Assembly (NCBI GenBank): GCA_964542785.1
Contig: CAZIUK010000001.1
Span: 133,115-197,114, forward strand
DNA from: an uncultured Planctomycetales bacterium
GTDB lineage: Bacteria > Omnitrophota > Gorgyraeia > Gygaellales > Profunditerraquicolaceae
Length of the DNA: 64,000 nt
Direction: 5' to 3'
The notes under the pieces were generated by a model that was not told the origin of the DNA, did no database searches, and worked only from the letters and a program-made list of their open reading frames with translations. The translations under genes and the position numbers were made by a program. Of the stretch, positions 58,789 to 64,000 are shown one piece after another. Position 1 is the stretch's first letter. Each line of letters starts with the position of its first letter.

Positions 58789-59103
58789 ATGTATGCAGTA
58801 ATTGAAATCAGCGCAACGCAATTTAAGGTAAAAGAAGGCGATACCATTGACGTAAATAAGCTAGAAATCAATGATAAGAAAGATATCTTTATTGACAAGG
58901 TGCTTCTTCTTTCAAAAGATAAGAAGATAGAGGTCGGGCAACCCTATTTAAAGGGGGTAAAGGTAAGGGCTGAAGTTTTAGGTCAGGTTAAGGGAGACAA
59001 GGTAGTTTCTTTTAAATACCGCCGCCGTAAATCATCGCAATGGAAGAAGGGTTTTCGCGCCCAGCTTACCCGTATTAAGATTAAAGAGATTATAGCTAAC
59101 TAA
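58789..59103 (+). CDS. rplU: 50S ribosomal protein L21
   Basis: MYAVIEISATQFKVKEGDTI. Confidence 0.9.
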   Translation: MYAVIEISATQFKVKEGDTIDVNKLEINDKKDIFIDKVLLLSKDKKIEVGQPYLKGVKVRAEVLGQVKGDKVVSFKYRRRKSSQWKKGFRAQLTRIKIKEIIAN

Positions 59104-59117
59104 TAGCCGGCTAAAGC

Positions 59118-60077
59118 ATGTTTGTAGATGAAGCAAAGATCTTTGTAAAAGCAGGCAGCGGAGGCAAGGGTTGCGCAAGTTTTCGGAGGGATAGATTTAT
59201 CCGTTATAGAAAGCCCGACGGCGGGGATGGCGGCCGTGGCTCAGATATAATACTCTTAGCAGATAAAAAGATCTATACCCTTCTAGATTTTCATTACAAC
59301 CGCCACTTTAAAGGTGCACATGGCGCAAATGCCTCTAGCAATGATAAAAAAGGCAAGGACGCAGAGCCGGTTATCATACGTGTTCCGGTAGGTACAGTTA
59401 TCACAGATATTAAGACCAATTGCCTTTTGCGCGATTTAGAAAAAGAGGGAGAGCAGGTTGTAGTTGCCTTAGGCGGCAAGGGTGGGTTAGGCAGTAAGCG
59501 TGCGCCAAACAATGAAGCGCAGATTGGAGAACCCGGGGAAGAAAGAGAGCTCTTCCTTAATCTAAAACTAATTGCGCAGGCAGGATTAGTAGGGTTCCCC
59601 AATGCTGGAAAATCTACCCTGATATCCAGTATCTCAAACGCTAAGCCGCAGGTAGCAGCTTATCCATTTACTACCAAGTTTCCTGTTTTAGGGGTGGTAA
59701 GGGGTGAGTCTGCTGATTTTACAGTAGCAGATATCCCCGGCCTTATTAAGGGCTCTTGTGAGGGAAAGGGGTTAGGGGATAAGTTTTTAAGGCATATAGA
59801 GCGGACTAAGGTTTTAATACACGTAGTTGATATCTCAGGGTTTGAGGGTAGAGACCCTGCCTTAGATTACAAGGCGATTAACCAGGAGTTAAAAAAATAT
59901 AGTACTTTTTTAATAAAGAAACCGCAGGTTATTGCTTTAAATAAAATTGACCTTCCGCAGGCAAAGGAGAATTTAAAGCGGTTTAGGAAAACAATTAAAA
60001 AAGAAGTCTTTCCTATTTCAGCGTTGAACAAAATAGGGCTAGAGGATTTAATAGATGCTGTTGCGAAAAAAATATAA
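59118..60077 (+). CDS. obg: GTPase Obg (short form, no C-terminal OCT/TGS domain)
   Basis: Gly-rich Obg fold (FVDEAKIFVKAGSGGKG, GGDGGRG), G-domain GFPNAGKST. Confidence 0.85.
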   Translation: MFVDEAKIFVKAGSGGKGCASFRRDRFIRYRKPDGGDGGRGSDIILLADKKIYTLLDFHYNRHFKGAHGANASSNDKKGKDAEPVIIRVPVGTVITDIKTNCLLRDLEKEGEQVVVALGGKGGLGSKRAPNNEAQIGEPGEERELFLNLKLIAQAGLVGFPNAGKSTLISSISNAKPQVAAYPFTTKFPVLGVVRGESADFTVADIPGLIKGSCEGKGLGDKFLRHIERTKVLIHVVDISGFEGRDPALDYKAINQELKKYSTFLIKKPQVIALNKIDLPQAKENLKRFRKTIKKEVFPISALNKIGLEDLIDAVAKKI

Positions 60078-61179
60078 AAGGATAGTAATAAAGATAGGCT
60101 CAAGCCTTTTTTATGCTAAGGACGCTAAGCCCGATACTGCTGTAATCAGTAGTTTTACTAAAGAGATAGCAAATTTAATCCTTATAGGAAAAGAGGTGGT
60201 GCTTGTCTCCTCAGGCGCAGTTGCCTTAGGGATGTCCATATTAAAGATAGCTAAGAGGCCTAAGGATTTAAGCCTTTTGCAGGCAGCTGCTTCAATTGGC
60301 CAGCATGAGTTAATGCATTTGTATAGTACTTTTTTTAAGAAGCTATCCTTATCCTGCGGGCAGATACTTTTAACTTGGGATGATTTCTCAAACCGCGCGC
60401 GTTATTTAAACGCCAAAAATACTATCAACACACTTTTAAAACTAAAAAGTGTGCCGGTAATTAACGAAAATGATACCGTCTCTACTGAGGAGATAAAGTT
60501 TGGGGACAACGACCGGCTTTCAGCTTTGGTCGCGGCCATGGTAGGGGCTGATATTTTGGTTATTCTTTCAGATATAGACGGGTTATTGGATAAAAATAAA
60601 AAAGTTATCAAGGTTGTAGATAAAATTACCCCAGAGATTAAGGCGTTGGCATCTTCTACTAAAAGGACAACTTCTGTTGGGGGGATGGTTACAAAGTTAG
60701 ATGCTGTTTTAGTTGCTAACCGTTCAGGTATCCCTTGCGTAATAGCCAACGGCAGAAAAAAAGATATTCTTCAATCTGTTTTAGGCGATCCTCTAAATAG
60801 TGGCACGCTTTTTTTAGCTGAAGGAGATAAGCTTGACGCTAAGGAGCGCTGGATGGCGTTTGGCACTAAGGTTAAAGGGAATATAACGGTTGATGACGGA
60901 GCAAAGAAGGCATTGATTAATAATAAGAGCTTGCTTGCAGTAGGAGTTGTCTCTTGTGCAGGTAATTTTTCTTGTGGAGATATAGTGGGGATTTGCGATG
61001 CTAAGGGTTGTGAGTTTGCCCGGGGCAAGGCCTTTATTTCAATGACAGAACTTGAGAAGGTAAAGGGAGCTCGCTTTGCCAAAGAAGTCATCCACCGCAA
61101 CAACCTTGTTTTACTTGGGGACGCTCCCCAAGGTGCCAGGCTCCAAACAAACTTACTTAAAAATTATGAAAAAAAATAG
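60055..61179 (+). CDS. proB: glutamate 5-kinase (with PUA domain); C-terminal about 20 aa encoded by a REP element
   Basis: IVIKIGSSLF amino-acid kinase N-terminus, PUA domain; ORF reads through REP copy D to TAG at 61177. Confidence 0.85.
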   Translation: MLLRKKYKRIVIKIGSSLFYAKDAKPDTAVISSFTKEIANLILIGKEVVLVSSGAVALGMSILKIAKRPKDLSLLQAAASIGQHELMHLYSTFFKKLSLSCGQILLTWDDFSNRARYLNAKNTINTLLKLKSVPVINENDTVSTEEIKFGDNDRLSALVAAMVGADILVILSDIDGLLDKNKKVIKVVDKITPEIKALASSTKRTTSVGGMVTKLDAVLVANRSGIPCVIANGRKKDILQSVLGDPLNSGTLFLAEGDKLDAKERWMAFGTKVKGNITVDDGAKKALINNKSLLAVGVVSCAGNFSCGDIVGICDAKGCEFARGKAFISMTELEKVKGARFAKEVIHRNNLVLLGDAPQGARLQTNLLKNYEKK

Positions 61180-61223
61180 GAATTTTAGAAGTAAAGTGGT
61201 ACCTCTGGGAGCGTCCCCAAGAG
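61114..61223 (+). repeat. composite REP-like element copy D: hairpin CTTGGGGACGCTCCCCAAG + GTGCCAGGCTCCA + conserved tail with ATG + inverted hairpin CTCTGGGAGCGTCCCCAAGAG
   Basis: 61114-61178 is about 85% identical to 20745-20805; 61203-61223 is an inverted copy of the REP core. Confidence 0.8.
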
Positions 61224-62455
61224 ATGTTGCAAAGGGGGCGGCTGAGTCAGCAAGGGTGTTGGCTAACCTATCTGCGCTAGAGAAGAATAGAATCCTGCGT
61301 GAAATGGCGCGCGCCTTGCTTAAAAACAAAGATGTAATTATAAGAGCCAATAAGAAGGATTTAGCAGCAGCAAAGAGGATAGGATTATCAAACGCCTTAA
61401 TTGACCGCCTTACTTTAAATACAAAGCGTCTGTATGATATGGCTGATGGGCTTATAAATGTCGTTAAACTCCCAGATCCTATTGGTGCTGAGATTAAGGC
61501 TTGGGATACTCCTTTAGGGTTAAATATACATAAGGTTCGCGTCCCAATAGGGGTTATTGCTATTATTTACGAATCTCGGCCGAATGTAACTGCTGATTGC
61601 ATCGGGCTTTGTTTTAAGTCCGGCAATAGCGTAATCCTAAAAGGCGGCAGTGAAGCGTTAAATTCAAATATTGCGATATACAAAGTTATTGAAGGGGTTA
61701 TTAAGAAGAATAAACTCCCTTTAGGCATAGTTAATCTCATTGCCACAAAGGATAGAAAGGTTATTGATATTTTGCTTAAGCAAAATGATTATATTGATTT
61801 AGTTATGCCGCGCGGAGGCGAAGCGTTAATTAAAAAAGTAGTTGCAACATCAAAGATACCGGTAATCAAGCATTACAAAGGCATTTGTCACATCTATGTT
61901 GATGATTACGCTGACTTAAATATGGCTGAAAGAGTTTGTTTCAACGCCAAAGTTCAGCGCCCCGGAGTCTGTAACGCAATGGAGACGATGCTCGTGCATA
62001 TAGATGTAGCAGGAAGGTTTCTTCCTTCAATGTTAAATAAGTTTCAAAGCGCCGGGGTTAAGATTTACGGCTGCCCGCTTACTCAGAAGATATACAAGGG
62101 TAAAATAGAAAAAGCCACAGAAGCAGACTTTGGTACAGAATTTTTAGATTTAGTTTTATCAGTTAAGGTAGTATTTGACATTAATGAGGCGATAAGCCAT
62201 ATAAATACCTTTGGCTCGCATCACTCAGATGCGGTTATTACCGAGGATAAGAGAAGCGCGCAGGAGTTTCTAAAAAAAGTTGACTCTGCCTGTGTTTATC
62301 TTAATGCCTCTACGCGTTTTACCGACGGAGGAGAGTTCGGCATGGGAGCTGAAATAGGTATCTCTACTGATAAGCTTCACGCCCGCGGGCCCATGGCGCT
62401 TGAGGAACTTACAACTTATAAATATGTTATATACGGTAACGGCCAAACCCGGTAG
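61166..62455 (+). CDS. proA: gamma-glutamyl phosphate reductase
   Basis: Aldehyde dehydrogenase family with catalytic Cys (GVCNAMET); start set at ATG 61166 inside REP tail (in-frame GTG 61196 also possible). Confidence 0.8.
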   Translation: MKKNRNFRSKVVPLGASPRDVAKGAAESARVLANLSALEKNRILREMARALLKNKDVIIRANKKDLAAAKRIGLSNALIDRLTLNTKRLYDMADGLINVVKLPDPIGAEIKAWDTPLGLNIHKVRVPIGVIAIIYESRPNVTADCIGLCFKSGNSVILKGGSEALNSNIAIYKVIEGVIKKNKLPLGIVNLIATKDRKVIDILLKQNDYIDLVMPRGGEALIKKVVATSKIPVIKHYKGICHIYVDDYADLNMAERVCFNAKVQRPGVCNAMETMLVHIDVAGRFLPSMLNKFQSAGVKIYGCPLTQKIYKGKIEKATEADFGTEFLDLVLSVKVVFDINEAISHINTFGSHHSDAVITEDKRSAQEFLKKVDSACVYLNASTRFTDGGEFGMGAEIGISTDKLHARGPMALEELTTYKYVIYGNGQTR

Positions 62456-62461
62456 AAAACT

Positions 62462-63055
62462 ATGAAAATTGGTATTTTAGGCGGGACTTTTAACCCGGTG
62501 CATATTGGACACCTGATTCTTGCGGAAGAAGCATTAGAAAAACTTGCGCTGGATAAGATAATTTTTATCCCATCTTATCTTCCGCCGCATAAGGATGATG
62601 TTGGTATTGCTTTAGCCAAATCCCGTCTTAGGATGCTTAAGCTTGCTATCAAAGGGAATAAAAATTTATCCGTCTCTGATATAGAAATAAGAAGAAAGGG
62701 CCGTTCCTATACAATAGATACAATAAATGCCCTTAAAGCCAAGCATCCGAAAGATGAATTATATTTTATTATCGGTTCGGATCTGCTAAAATATTTAGAT
62801 AGCTGGAAGGACCTTGACCGGATAATGAAAAAGGTGAACTTTATTGTTGCAACCCGGCCTGGGTATCCTTTGGAGGATATCCCCAAGCGTATACATAGGG
62901 TGGATATAAGGGCAGTAGATATCTCTGGTTTTTCTGTCCGCCAGTGCATTAAAGAGGGTAAGTCTTTTAGGTATTTAGTCCCCGAAAATGTATTTAATTA
63001 TATTAATAAAAATAAACTCTATTTAAACATAAACAAAACCTTAAAAAGATGCTAA
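62462..63055 (+). CDS. nadD: nicotinate-nucleotide adenylyltransferase
   Basis: IGILGGTFNPVHIGHL (H/T)xGH motif. Confidence 0.85.
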   Translation: MKIGILGGTFNPVHIGHLILAEEALEKLALDKIIFIPSYLPPHKDDVGIALAKSRLRMLKLAIKGNKNLSVSDIEIRRKGRSYTIDTINALKAKHPKDELYFIIGSDLLKYLDSWKDLDRIMKKVNFIVATRPGYPLEDIPKRIHRVDIRAVDISGFSVRQCIKEGKSFRYLVPENVFNYINKNKLYLNINKTLKRC

Positions 63056-63696
63056 AGATAAAAGTCGCTCCTTCGCTACTATCAGCAGATTTTAGCCGTT
63101 TAGCAGAAGAGATTAAAAGGGTAGAACGCGCAGGCGCGGATATCTTGCACGTTGATATTATGGACGGCCACTTTGTTCCGAATATCACCATTGGACCAAT
63201 AGTAGTTAAGCATATACGCAAGGTAACCAAGCTTCCCTTAGATGTCCACCTTATGATTAAAGATCCTAAGAAATATCTTGCTTTCTTTATTGAGGCAGGA
63301 AGCGATATGATTACCGTACACATTGAAACAACCCCGCTAAAAGTTATCAAAACGATATCTAAAACCCTAAGACAAAAAAAGTTAAAATTCGGCGTATCTT
63401 TAAACCCCTTAACCTCGCTAAATAAGATTAAGCCGGCTTTAAAATTCGCCGATTTTGTTTTGGTGATGTCTGTAAACCCTGGCTTTGGCGGTCAGTCATT
63501 TATTATGTCTGCCGTGGAAAAAATTAAAGCATTGCGTAAAATCTTTAAAAAAGATATTGCTGTTGACGGAGGTATAAATGCCCAAACAGGCAAGTTAGTC
63601 AAGGACGCGGGAGCAAATATTTTAGCTGCAGGTTCATATATATTTAACGCAAAGAATACAAAAAAAGCAATAGAGAGCTTAAGAAAGGACATATAA
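63049..63696 (+). CDS. rpe: ribulose-phosphate 3-epimerase
   Basis: IAPSLLSADF, HVDIMDGHFVPN, VMSVNPGFGGQ. Confidence 0.9.
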   Translation: MLKIKVAPSLLSADFSRLAEEIKRVERAGADILHVDIMDGHFVPNITIGPIVVKHIRKVTKLPLDVHLMIKDPKKYLAFFIEAGSDMITVHIETTPLKVIKTISKTLRQKKLKFGVSLNPLTSLNKIKPALKFADFVLVMSVNPGFGGQSFIMSAVEKIKALRKIFKKDIAVDGGINAQTGKLVKDAGANILAAGSYIFNAKNTKKAIESLRKDI

Positions 63697-63701
63697 GAGA
63701 A

Positions 63702-64000
63702 ATGAGTAATTCATCTTTAAGGATTAAATTCGGCACTGACGGCTGGCGGGCGATAATCGCAGATACCTACACAATAGAAAATGTAAAGATACTCTCCCAG
63801 GCGGTATCTGACTTTTTAGGTGCAGGCAAAAAAATAGCTGTAGGGTATGATACCCGTTTTATGTCAGATAAGTTTGCTTTAGCTGCATCAGCAGTCTTTA
63901 AGAGTAACGGCATAGACGTAGTTTTATCTGATAGACCTACGCCAACCCCGGCTTTAAGTTTTACGGTTAAATACCGCAAGCTTGACTTGGGGGTTATGAT
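63702..64000 (+). CDS. glmM: phosphoglucosamine mutase / phosphohexomutase family, N-terminal part (3' truncated by window edge)
   Basis: KFGTDGWRA N-terminal signature of alpha-D-phosphohexomutases; ORF open at window end. Confidence 0.5.
   Translation, partial: MSNSSLRIKFGTDGWRAIIADTYTIENVKILSQAVSDFLGAGKKIAVGYDTRFMSDKFALAASAVFKSNGIDVVLSDRPTPTPALSFTVKYRKLDLGVM

Overview
This 64 kb window comes from an AT-rich bacterial chromosome. The PilQ secretins imply a diderm cell. Gene content and style suggest an uncultured candidate-phylum lineage such as Omnitrophota, but that is inference only. All ~72 genes I can support lie on the + strand; every minus-strand ORF in the track is a short antisense overlap.

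Most of the window is core metabolism in long co-directional operons:
- recG (3' part), rsmD, coaD, yceD, rpmF, plsX, fabH, fabD, fabG, acpP, fabF, then leuC, leuD, leuB, asd, truA.
- rplM, rpsI, then argC, argJ, argB, argD, argF, argG, argH, lysA, dapF, dapA, dapB, a DapL-type aminotransferase, folK, panC, nadX.
- uvrA, rsmE, mtaB, rng, rplU, obg, proB, proA, nadD, rpe and a truncated glmM-like start.

The accessory content is:
- Two type IV pilus assembly modules. Module 1 (36.5-46.6 kb) has a small winged-helix gene, a PilX-like gene, an excisionase-type HTH gene, a fused PilM-PilN, PilO, PilP, PilQ, a PilB with an MshEN-type c-di-GMP motif, PilC and four prepilins. Module 2 (51.2-57.0 kb) has a strongly promoted and terminated major pilin, two further pilin-like genes, and PilM, PilN, PilO, PilP, PilQ.
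- A RAYT (REP-associated tyrosine transposase, IS200 / Y1 HUH family) at 46.76-47.35 kb, flanked by inverted GC-rich REP-like palindromes and followed by tRNA-Ala(CGC).
- Further copies of the same REP family sit exactly at the argD/argF and proB/proA junctions. There they supply a stop codon, start codons, and an apparent C-terminal extension of ProB.
- A second family of long perfect palindromes (GGGGACAGC[G/C]ACTTTT arms) with a compensatory arm substitution lies downstream of leuC and dapL.
- Smaller oddities are a tandem-duplicated 81-aa lysine-rich protein, a 755-aa polytopic membrane protein with C-terminal TPRs, a signal-peptide Memo-AMMECR1 fusion, a truncated DUF2344 fragment fused onto rng, and no rpmA between rplU and obg.

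I found no CRISPR array, rRNA gene or integrase. The most novel-looking signal is the RAYT/REP family that has been recruited into the coding sequence at gene junctions, together with the HTH-gene-coupled duplicated type IV pilus system.
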